A stretch of 63,620 nt of DNA, counting the filler, from Octopus bimaculoides (taxonomy: Eukaryota), in NCBI RefSeq assembly GCF_001194135.2. It is 5 parts of 5 records of this genome, joined end to end, with 100 filler letters (N's around TTAATTAATTAA, not from the genome) between each part and the next. Parts side by side here need not be neighbours in the genome. Positions count along the whole stretch, not along the records: positions 1 to 17,709 come from NC_069008.1; 4 more parts are not named here. One strand, 5' to 3'. Under the pieces are notes generated by a model. It worked only from the letters and a program-made list of their open reading frames with translations. It was not told the origin of the DNA and ran no database searches. The position numbers were made by a program, and so were the translations under genes. Of this stretch, positions 1-10,751 are shown one piece after another (the stretch's first letter is position 1; every line of letters starts with the position of its first letter).

Positions 1-158
1 CAAACACTGTCTGTAGCTGGTCTTCTCTTGGAAGAGCCCTGCTTCTCACATGGACAACTGTATGTTGGCTGCTCAAGAGTGGGCAGCAACAAAAAACCCT
101 ATTTGTATATGCTCCACAAGGGAAAACAAGGAACATTGTTTACAATGAGGTGTTATAA
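1..158 (+). mobile_element. Helitron Rep/Helicase (PIF1-like) C-terminal coding fragment, frameshifted, truncated by the window edge
   Basis: Frame 1 reads QTLSVAGLLLEEPCFSHGQLYVGCSRVGSNK. After a frameshift in the A-run it reads KNLFVYAPQGKTRNIVYNEVL-stop (TAA 156-158), the typical Helitron helicase end. Confidence 0.85.
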
Positions 159-277
159 TCACAACAGCAAGAAAGTATGTACATGATCACCTTCTTTTAC
201 GAAACTTCATTGACTTTCATATATTTATATTGATATACATATATATACGTGTGTTTGGGTGCATGTGTGTATATACA

Positions 278-749
278 TCTCTATATATAAAGATGATGCG
301 TAGTCTAGACGGCGTTTTTAGATTTCATTATTCTCTTTAACCTGCTAGTAATATATATTTTCAACTTAAAAGTGGATAGCGAAAAAACTGGCACATGATA
401 ACATTTTACCCAGCATCAGAATAAGAAATATTACTTTCATAGCCTAATTCTTATTGTGGTGTTTTAACTTGTATATATGAATAAAGTTAGAATTTCAAAG
501 CATAGATATTTGGTTTTTTTCCACCTAGTTTTAAGATAGTATAACAAGAAAATTATCATAAGGATTACATCATATATCAGGAAATATTTGAAATTTGGAA
601 AATATAGAAAAAACTTTAATTGCAAAAAATCTAGAGCTTACAGATAAAAACTAACTTCATATTTGAATTCAGTTTACTCAAATTAAGTAACAGTAATTGT
701 TATCAATGCAACAAAAATTTTATTGGCCAGTGTAACTGGTGGGAATAAG
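278..749 (+). mobile_element. Possible non-autonomous Helitron
   Basis: Starts A|TCTCTATATATAAAG. A hairpin CCAGT-GTA-ACTGG (727-739) lies about 10 nt before a degenerate end; no clean CTAG. Confidence 0.3.
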
Positions 750-769
750 TCTTAAAAATATTGTTGTTG

Positions 770-1070
770 TTTGTTCCTTCTCAAGCCATGCCTGGGTCAT
801 AATGGCCGGTTTCCCAGTTTCATTGGCATATAGGTTCCCAACATGAACAGGACACCAGTCCATCGCAGGTGAGCTGATAGATGCAGGAGGAAGGAGTGAG
901 AGAAAGTAGTGGCAAAAGAGTCAGCAGAAGTTCATCATTTCCTTCTGCTGGAGCCGTGTGGAGCTTAGGTGTTTTGCTCATAAACACATACATCACCCGG
1001 TCTGAGATTTGAACCTGCGAGCCCTCGACCGTGAGTCCATTGCTCTAACCACTGGGCCATGTGCCTCCAC
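770..1070 (-). mobile_element. tRNA-derived SINE
   Basis: Minus strand begins GTGGAGGCACATGGCCCAGTGGTTAGAGC...GGTTCAAATC (A/B box-like) and ends in a (AAC)-rich tail. Related to the copy at 53290-53550. Confidence 0.75.
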
Positions 1071-1164
1071 TAAGTCTTCAAAATACAGTATATATATAAG
1101 GACAGCACAAGATAGACCAAAATGATAATCTCTGGCATTACTAATCTACAAAATGTGAGTGATA

Positions 1165-1339
1165 CCTAATGGTGATGATGGTAGTGATTGTGGAGGAGGT
1201 GGTGTGTTGTGGTGGTGGTTGTAGTAATGGTGGTGGTGGTGGTTGTAGTGATGGTGGTGGGGATATTAGTTGTAGTGGTGGGTTCCTGATATTTGATATC
1301 AGGAATGATCTGTAAACTAAACAACAACAACAACAACAA
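1165..1339. repeat. (GGT)n-like low-complexity tract and (AAC)n microsatellite
   Basis: Seen directly in the sequence. Confidence 0.9.
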
Positions 1340-2516
1340 GGTTTACTTCAAACCAACCAAGGTAAGGCTTCCACATGGCTAATCACTTTGCTATAAATAG
1401 CAGCTAAATTTCCTCCTGTTACAACCTACCGTCTTAAATAAAACTGGACACATTCGACAATGTTGGTTTATCAGTTTTACATCATGCTTACATGTTTTTT
1501 GAATTATGCTATGTTATGGGTACAGGTGTGGCTATGTGGTAAGAGGTTTGCTTCCAAACCACATGGGTTATTTGGTATTGCTACAATTGTTTCATTAAGA
1601 ACCTTTATTGTGACATAAATATGGTACAGTTAGGTATGTAGTATGCACAACATCCAAAAGAATATGAAATACATTATGCAACTCTTAACTCATCAGATTT
1701 ACCAATTATACAAACAAGCAATGACATGCTGATGTATCAACTGTTCATCAAAAAGTGAAATTTCAAATCAGAATTACCTACATTTAATAAATGTGAAGTG
1801 GGTGGTACTCAGTCAATCAAAAGAGTATACAGCAGAATATGGTTGTGAATTATAGAATTTCTAAAAGGCATATCTAATCTAAAGATGTCATTAAACCTAG
1901 TGATATCACTCATAAAAACTAGTACTGGTAAAACAGGCTTATATACCAGCAGATAGTAAGGGCTAAGTATGACATTTGTCCCTCTTAAAACATATTTCAA
2001 GCCAGCTGCCAATATTGTTCGAAAAAAAACAAACATTGACTGTGTTACTTTATTTAGTACATGAAAGAATGACATGGTTAATAAATTTAACCATCACTTA
2101 TTCATTTACGTAATTCCTATTGATTAAAGTGCACCAGTTAGTTATTTTAGAACTAATACGATATGCCTACATTCTTAATGGAGTTTCTTTAAACAAATCA
2201 AATCTATCTCTCTATCTATATGTATATCTATATGTATATACATGCACAACCTCAAGTTTCAGTATATTCTCTGGTCTATTGTTTGCAAGGCTTCCCCATA
2301 CCTCAATACTAATCATCATGTTTGTAAGTTTTGTTCAAGGGAGTCATTTGCTATCCTTCAACACCATAACTCTTCATTACTCAATAGGCTCTCTAACATA
2401 ATCTTTTCATGTAAGTATAAATTTTATTCCATTTTGCCCATTATGCAAAGTCTCTTCAATCTCTCTTAGTTATGATTAAGTCCTAACTTATCACTTAGCT
2501 ATGCTAGCAGCATATT

Positions 2517-2518
<2 letters not shown>

Positions 2519-2563
<45 letters not shown>

Positions 2564-3110
2564 ATCCTTGTACCTTCCTCCATAACTCAGTATATCTTCC
2601 GCCTCTGCTACCTTACACTTATTCCTTGAATTCTTTCCCATTTTTCTATATAATCAGCTCTCACCTCAAAGTCTGCTCTTCTCTATTTTCCTCAGATCTT
2701 TCTCTCAATCTCAACAGCCCTCCTTCTCCACTACCCCAAACCCCATTCCTTTATTTCATTACTTGTCTCTTCCTGTCTTTCTCTATAGCCAGCAGCCATC
2801 CCTAATTGATTTAAGGTGTTCTTAGCAAATTACCCAACCACCAGCGGTGCCTCCTTCCACCATAATGACCTTAACTTAACTCATCTCCTCCTCCCTCCGG
2901 ATCATCTTTTCTACTTCTGTTCACTCTCCTGATTTCTGACTTCCCCCTCCCACTCTCTGCCTTGATTTTTTTTTGCACTTCCTCTAACTCTCTATTCTCC
3001 CTCCCTAAGCTGCTTGCATCTTTCCTCTCTCTGCCTTTTACTTCTTTTCTTCCTCTTCTTCCCTTCAACCTTCAAATCTCTTGCACTACTATGTGAACTG
3101 CTTTTGCCAA
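2519..3110. repeat. (CT)n microsatellite followed by a long pyrimidine-rich tract
   Basis: Seen directly. The lysine/arginine-rich minus-strand ORF 2871-3068 is a by-product of this composition. Confidence 0.75.
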
Positions 3111-3390
3111 TTCTTTCTCCTGATGAAGGAAGCCAGTCTTATGGTAACATTTCTATATGACCATTTACTGGTTGCATACCTCTGACTTTTTGCATATTCC
3201 ATCTGCTAATTATGAACATTATGATTATTACGTAACTCCATACTTCCAAAATCAGCTGTTGAGTTAAAATACTATGGATTCCCTCCTGAGTATTCTGTAT
3301 TGTTTATGTTCTATGCAAATTTAAATGTCTACAGATATTTATATAAATATATATATGCGTGTACATGTGTGTTTATCTTCTGAATACATT

Positions 3391-3687
3391 CATCATCATC
3401 ATCATCGTCGTTTAACGTCCGCTTTCCATGCTAGCATGGGTTGGACGATTTGACTGAGGACTGGTGAACCAGATGGCTACACCAGGCTCCAATCTGATCT
3501 GGCAGAGTTTCTACTGCTGGATGCCCTTCCTAACGCCAACCACTCCAAGAGTGTAGTGGGTGCTTTTACGTGCCACCAGCATGAAGGCCAGTCAGGCGGT
3601 ACTGGCAACAGCCACGCTCAAAATGGTGTATTTTACGTGCCACCTGCACAGGAGCCAGTTCGGCGCCACTGGCAACTATCTCGTTCG
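3391..3687 (-). mobile_element. RTE-clade LINE 3' end (3'UTR with (GAT)n tail), runs into a gap
   Basis: Matches the 3'UTR of the RTE at 8912-9460 and is a near-identical inverse of 62809-62968. Confidence 0.85.
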
Positions 3688-4126
3688 NNNNNNNNNNNNN
3701 NNNNNNNNNNNNNNNNNNNNNNNNNNNNNNNNNNNNNNNNNNNNNNNNNNNNNNNNNNNNNNNNNNNNNNNNNNNNNNNNNNNNNNNNNNNNNNNNNNNN
3801 NNNNNNNNNNNNNNNNNNNNNNNNNNNNNNNNNNNNNNNNNNNNNNNNNNNNNNNNNNNNNNNNNNNNNNNNNNNNNNNNNNNNNNNNNNNNNNNNNNNN
3901 NNNNNNNNNNNNNNNNNNNNNNNNNNNNNNNNNNNNNNNNNNNNNNNNNNNNNNNNNNNNNNNNNNNNNNNNNNNNNNNNNNNNNNNNNNNNNNNNNNNN
4001 NNNNNNNNNNNNNNNNNNNNNNNNNNNNNNNNNNNNNNNNNNNNNNNNNNNNNNNNNNNNNNNNNNNNNNNNNNNNNNNNNNNNNNNNNNNNNNNNNNNN
4101 NNNNNNNNNNNNNNNNNNNNNNNNNN

Positions 4127-4169
<43 letters not shown>

Positions 4170-4849
4170 AATCCTGTTTATTTACATCACTATCTCCATA
4201 TCAGCTCACCTGGATTTCTCTTATAGTCACCCTTTACCCCATGAACCTAGTCCTCAATAAAGATTTTAGAGTTTACGTTCAAATCATTTCAGCTCAACAT
4301 CATATTTTCTATACTGAGCAGCTGTAACTATCACCTCTCGACTGTATCTATCTATCTATTGTATTGTATTGTATTGTATTGTATTGTATGATAGTCAGGT
4401 TTCAGTTTCCATTTGTGTTTATATATTCCTATACTTGCACTTATGCACAGCCATGCTTGAGCCTACAGACACACATTCCTGCACCTACACAAAATCATTC
4501 CTGCATTTATACATGACTAACCCTGTTCGTGGTTATATTGTCTTGAAAGAGTAGAAACAGCCTAGAATAGCAAGGACTCATTAGGATTGTGAAATAATAT
4601 CACTAGTGTTAGTATCACACTAAAAAGTACCCAGCTGACTCTGTAAAGTGATTAGCAATCATGTAGAGACAACACAGGTGATGAAGACACCTTATGCTGC
4701 CTAAAGACATTAAAATCTAGTGTAATTGCCAGTATAAAATACAGCCAGTACGTTCAATAAAGTGGTAAGTACTAGGAAGGGCATCAAGTCATAGGAAACA
4801 TATCAAAAATAGATAGATTAGACACAATATTTTCATAGATGCATGCATG

Positions 4850-4890
<41 letters not shown>

Positions 4891-5144
4891 GCATGCACAG
4901 ATACACATACACACACACACACACACCTAGAAATACTTGCCTCACAGAGAAAGAGTAAAAGAAACTGATGCACATTATCCATATCCAATCTATTAGTGGC
5001 ACAGTGAAGATTTATAAGATGTTCCAAAAATTCTCCATCTAAGATTCTTATGAGAATAGAAGCACATGCTTGGGAGTATGCATGAACAGTTCAACCAATG
5101 CACCAACTCAACCACAGATTTACAAACACTGGAAACTTTCTTAA

Positions 5145-5349
5145 CCCTTTCGTTACCAACCTGGTTGAAACTGGCTCTGGCTCTGAGTATAAATGTCTTG
5201 TTTTCATAAGTTTTAAATTAAAATCTTCCACCAAACCTTAGTCACAATTTATGCTCCTAACACAAAGTTATTTTACTAAATTCTTTGTTATATTTAAAGT
5301 AACTGAAAGAAACACAGAGCATCTCAAAATAAATACAGTAACGAAAGGG
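5145..5349. mobile_element. piggyBac-type MITE
   Basis: Perfect 12-bp TIRs CCCTTTCGTTAC / GTAACGAAAGGG, with TTAA on both sides (5141-5144 and 5350-5353). Confidence 0.9.
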
Positions 5350-5638
5350 TTAACTCAAAAAGTTTTGTCACCTTGCTAAGCAATCAGCTTGAACTCTCTC
5401 AAAAAGAACTTAAATAAAAATCAAAGAAAAATCATACATTTATACATAGGTTTGTAGTGATAAATAGAAATATTTCCTATGAAGGAACCTATAATAAGTA
5501 ACCTGTAACTAGGAAATATAACATCAGGCTGAAGAAAATATAGTTTTTATAACTATCTGCATGCAATAAATGATAACTCATAATGTATTTGCTGTGCCAG
5601 TGATGATACCAACGTTTTGGCTATTTGAATGAATGCTG

Positions 5639-6057
5639 GATATACAGTTACTTTACCCAGATTACAAGTTCAGGTTTGTACCTGTAATTATTGGAGCAGT
5701 GGATATGTAACACACTGCCTAACTACCAATCTTGAGAAATTAGGCTTCTCAAAACCAGAAAGGAGAAAACTGATTTGAAGACTATAGAGCCAAGTCATTA
5801 CTGGAACTATAAAAATCAGTAAAGCTTTCCAGAAGTTTATCATTTAAGTATGTATGAGCATGTCTAGACATGCAGCTATATGCATAAGAATACATACATA
5901 CATAACAAAGCATACAAATCTATGTATACATACATCTAATATAATAAATGCAAAAACTAATTTCTGTGTGTCAGTGTGTCACACTTTTACCCCCTCTCAC
6001 TATTCATTGACACTCCTACTATTACTTATGTTGAGGTGAGAGTAATAGTAGGCATAG
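5639..6057 (+). repeat. Left arm of a 420-bp inverted repeat (3' end of an R4-like LINE plus flank)
   Basis: Near-identical reverse complement of 7781-8200. Confidence 0.9.
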
Positions 6058-6099
6058 ATGAGATCTGGACTATTGATGTTAAAACAAGAAAATTGTTAA

Positions 6100-6895
6100 C
6101 CCATACCAAGAATTTCCACACCAACAGTGATATAGACCACCATTATTTAAAACAAAAACAAGGAAGCAGAAGCTTAACATTGATCCAAATAGCATCTTGA
6201 TGTAGCCTCATATCTTTTTGATAAAATCTACTAACCCCCAAATGTCAAAGTTCTGTTATGGATCAAGTTTGTTTGTGTGAAACTAATAATCTCAAGAGAA
6301 TTGGAAAGGAGTTTTTTGGAAAGTATTCTCTGACTGATAAACTAGGATGTGTAACCAGAGAAGTTGCAAAACTCTACTGCAGCAGGTTATGAGAAAAAAA
6401 GGCATACATACTAGCAAAACATCATGCATGGCTATATTTCCAGAAAACTTCTAAGTGACAGAGCCATTAAGAACTAAAATTGTCAATCCAGAGCTAACAA
6501 CTGAGATTGCAATACAGATAATCCATCTAGATGTGATAAACGCAGGCTTTGTAGTATTGATATTGAAAATGTTGCCCACATCATAAGTTGGTGCCCTCAC
6601 AGTATTACCTGCCAATGAGACAAGATGTGGTTACAACACAATATAATGAATCCATAGAAAGGATAATCCCAAAAGACAAAAATAAGATACTATGACGAGA
6701 AACATATAACCATACATAATTTGAAAAAATACTAGTAGAATTTCCAGTCAAGATTTCAATAAAATGCAAACATAAGAAAAGGAACTATGCACAGTAGTGG
6801 AAATCAGATGCCCAGCAGATGTCAACAAAATGTTAAAGGTTAATGAAAAAAGGAACATACATAGTGAATTGATGAGAAATCTGCAGTTACGCCAT
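6100..6895 (+). mobile_element. Degenerate R4/Dong-like (restriction-like endonuclease) LINE fragment
   Basis: Contains a CRLC...ENVAHIISWCP zinc-knuckle remnant and TVVEIRCP; homologous to 8060-8885. Confidence 0.7.
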
Positions 6896-7780
6896 CAGAT
6901 TCATTATATAGTGTTGTAACCACATCTGGTCTCATTAGCAGGTAATACTGTGAGGGCACCGACTATGATGTGGGGGACATCTTCGATGTTAATACTACAA
7001 AGCTTGAATTTATCACATTTTGATAACTTTGGTTCTTAATAGTGCTATGTTCAAATGATAAACTCCTGGAAAGTTTTGCAGATTTTTACAGTCCCAGTGG
7101 TGGGTTGTATCTGTAGTCTTCAAATTAGCCTTCTCCTGGCTGGTTGGCTGGCTGGCTGGTTGGTTGGTATGTATGTGTGTATGTATGTATGTACTAGCTT
7201 AAAAGCTACCCTATCAGGCAGCTTTAAAGGTAGCTCCTGTGGAGGGCTCTTCAATGGATCTTGGGCCCAACAATGACACTTCATGCATTGAGTACATATT
7301 AAAATATTGTTAAACTTGACCAATATTTTCCAAACAATGAACAATTTTCATCAAAGCAATGATATAATTTGTCAAGTTGGAACTTAATGCAAAGCTTCAT
7401 GATAAACAACATTTTTTGTCTTCCCAATGAGGGGTCAGTACAATTTTTTTCCTGTCTAATCTCTTTCTTTCTTTCTCTCTTTCTTTCTTTCTTTCTTTCT
7501 TTCTTTTTCTCTCTCTCTCTGTTGATTGTCTATAACCACCACCATCACCACCACAACTGCCATACACACACCATCAATACCTTTGCCACCACCATCAATA
7601 CTTTTGACTTCGCCACCTTCCCCTCTACCACCATCACCACTGTCTTTCACATCGCTTACTATCACCATTGTCCCTGACTGCTTCAGCTATCACTACCACC
7701 ACCAACATCACCTCCACTTCTATCACATCTACAGCTCATGCTATTACTATTACCCCATTGCCATCACAACCATCAGTCTA

Positions 7781-8885
7781 CTATGCCTACTATTACTCTC
7801 ACCCAATCATAAGTAATAGTAGGAGTGTCAATGACTAGTGAGAGGGGGTAAAAGTGTGACACACTGACACACAGAAATTAGTTTTTGCATTTATTATATT
7901 AGATGTATGTATACATAGATTTGTATGCTTTGTTTTTTATGTATGTATTCTTATGCATATAGCTGCATGTCTAGACATGCTCATACATACTTAAATGATA
8001 AACTTCTGGAAAGCTTTACTGATTTTTATAGTTCCAGTAATGACTTGGCTCTATAGTCTTCAAATCAGTTTTCTCCTTTCTGGTTTTGAGAAGCCTAATT
8101 TCTCAAGATTGGTAGTTAGGCAGTGTGTTACATACCCCACTGCTCCAATAATTACAGGTACAAACCTGAACTTGTAATCTGGGTAAAGTAACTGTATATC
8201 TCTCAATAGTTTGGCGTAGATGTTTTCTTTTTCACTGATCTTTATCTTTATGTTGGCATCTGTCGGGCAGCTGATTTCCACAACTGTGCACAGTTTCTCT
8301 TCTCTATCCCAAATCATTATGTCAGGTCTGTTGTGCTTACATTTTATTGAGGTCTTCACTGGTACATTCCACCAGTATTCCTTTTCATTATGAGTGACTA
8401 TGGCTTCCACCATATTGTGGGTTCTTGCTTCTTTGGCGTCAGGGTTATCCTTCCAACAAATCTCATTATAGAGTGTCTTAGTCACAACGTCATGTCTCAT
8501 CAATAGATAATACTGTGATGACAGTTTTGGACAACTGCTTATGATGTGGGTGATGTCTTCAGTGTTAACTCCACAAAGTCTGCATTGATTGTCACATTTT
8601 GCTGCTTTTCCTGCATCTCTGTCCCTTTTGTGAATCAGATATTTGGTTGATAGTTTCTGTTCCTGGATTGCAAATGCATACTCTTCTAAGTGGAAGGTAG
8701 TAATCCAATTGTTGGTCCATGATAAACTGCTTTGATGATCAATGTTACTATCATCTTGGAGCTGTCTACGAATATATCCATGCATGGTCTTCTACTGAGA
8801 TACACTCATCCTTCCATCTGATGGTACATTGCAGTAGAGTCGTGCGACTTCTTTGGACATACATTTAAAGTTAGAGGAAGCTTGG
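7781..8885 (-). mobile_element. R4/Dong-like non-LTR retrotransposon 3' portion (CCHC finger plus RLE domain); includes the right arm of the inverted repeat
   Basis: ORF 8060-8785 contains CRLCGVNTEDITHIISSCP, RHDVV, NRPDIMIWD and VVEISCP (PD..D/E-type endonuclease) and FVPVIIGAVG. Confidence 0.9.
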
Positions 8886-8911
8886 GGGAGTTGAGCCACA
8901 ACAATTTACCC

Positions 8912-10440
8912 TCATCATCATCATCATCGTCGTCATTTAACGTCCGTTTTCCATGCTGGCATGGGTTGGACAGTTTAACTGAGGGCTTGCAAGCCAGAAA
9001 GCTGCACCAGGTTCCAATCTGATCTGGCAAAGTTTCTACAGGTGGATGCCCTTCCAATTGCCAACCGTTCCGAGAGTATAGTGGTTGCTTTTTATGTGCC
9101 ACCAGCACGAGGGCCAGTCAGGCAGCACTGGCAACGACCACACTTGAATAGTGCTTTTTACATTTCACCAGCATGGGACCAGTCAGCTGGTACTGGCATC
9201 GACCATGCTCGAATGGGGATTTTTACGTGCCACTGGCACGGGAGCCAGTCGGGCAGTACTGGCGATGAGCACACTCAAATGGTGCTTTTTACATGCCATC
9301 AGCATGGGTGCCAACCAGAGGGTACTGGCATTGGCCATGACAATGACTTCATTTGACTCAACAGGTCATCGCAAGTGCAGTTTATTGACCAATGATTTAA
9401 GAGTTTAAATAGGCTGGTTATGCTGCACTGGCACAGGCCACGGTTATGGTCTCACTTGGCTTGCTAGGTATTCTCAAGCACAGTATATCCCCAAAGGTCT
9501 CGGTCACTTATCATCGCCTCCGTAAGGCCCAACATTCGAAGGTCGTGCTTCACTAGCTCATCCCAGGTCTTCCTGGGTCTACCTCTTCCACAGGTTCCCT
9601 CTACTGCTAGGGTGTGACACTTTTTCACACAGCTGTCCTCATCCATATGCAACACATGACCATACCAGTACAGTTGTCTCTCTTGCACACCGCATCTGTT
9701 GCTTCTTATGTCCAACTTTTCTCTCAGGACGCTTACACTCTGTCATGTATGCACACTGACATTACACATCCAGCAGAGCATACTAGTTTCATTCCTTGCA
9801 AGCTTACACATGTCCTCAGCAGTCATGGCCCATGTTTCCCTGCCATGTTGCATTGCTGTTCACACACATGCATCATACAATCTACCTTTTATTCTGAACG
9901 AGAGGCCATTTATCACCCAGCAGAGGTAGGAGCTCTCAGAACTTTGCCCAGGCTATTCTTATTCTAGCAGCTACACTCTCAGAGCATCCACCCCTGCTAC
10001 TGACTTGGTCACCTAGGTAACAGAAGCTATCAACTACTTCTAGTTTTTTCCCCTTAGCATGTGATGGAATCTGTTTTCTGCACATTTTCAGTGTTTATTG
10101 TCCCTGAGCATTTTGTTACACCCAAAAACTATCTTCCCAGTTAGCCTTCCTTTGATATTCCTGCACCTCTTATGTGTCCATAGCTTACACTGGGTACATC
10201 GTATGGGGTTTCTTCCTACACCTTTTCTACAGATTGAGTAGGGCTATCTACTTGAAGGGATACTTATTAAGACTTTTTTTTTTGTTAGGTTGACTCTAAG
10301 GCCCTTCGATTCTAGTCCTTGCTTCCACACCTGAAACTTCTCCTCTAGTTCTGATAGTGACTCAGCAATTAGAGCAAGGTCATCAGCATTGAGAAGCTCC
10401 CAGGGGCATCCTGTCTTGAATTCCTCTGTTATTCCCTAAA
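8912..10440 (-). mobile_element. 5'-truncated RTE-clade LINE (RT C-terminus, 3'UTR with minisatellite, (GAT)n tail)
   Basis: Minus strand encodes GCPWELLNADDLALIAES (YADD motif mutated) near 10400 and WYGHVLHM...GRGRPRKTW at 9464-9715. Confidence 0.9.
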
Positions 10441-10751
10441 TCTATAAATTATAAAAAGCAATTACTGCCACTTATTGGAATCACTTCTAGAAATGTTTCT
10501 GCTGATCTAATACATTTAATAGGTGTAGGCAGTTTATACAGTTATTTTGTGAAAAAATCAATTTTTACACCAAAAAGTAAAGGTTGGGCTTGAAGGTAAG
10601 CATGTTCATATTTCTGTAGTGGTATGTAACATTCTGATTGAATGTATTTTGTCATATACCTATATCGTTTCTCAATGACTGTGATCATTAAAAATCCATG
10701 TGACTAACATTACAGTTACAATGATGCATAAAGTTAAGATGGAAGGAAGTA

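Noticed and set aside
1809-2075. 88-aa minus-strand ORF as a host exon
   Set aside because: No recognisable domain or clear splice boundaries; compatible with chance in AT-rich DNA.
3120-3150. CTGATGA followed by AGG...CTT...GTAAC as a hammerhead
   Set aside because: No GAAA and no convincing helix I or III; too degenerate to support.
9081-9365. Repeat units as a CRISPR array
   Set aside because: Eukaryotic context, imperfect whole-unit repeats without unique spacers, located inside an RTE 3'UTR, and no cas genes.
10542-10595. AG...GTAAGC-bounded 54-nt candidate exon
   Set aside because: Stop codons in all three frames.
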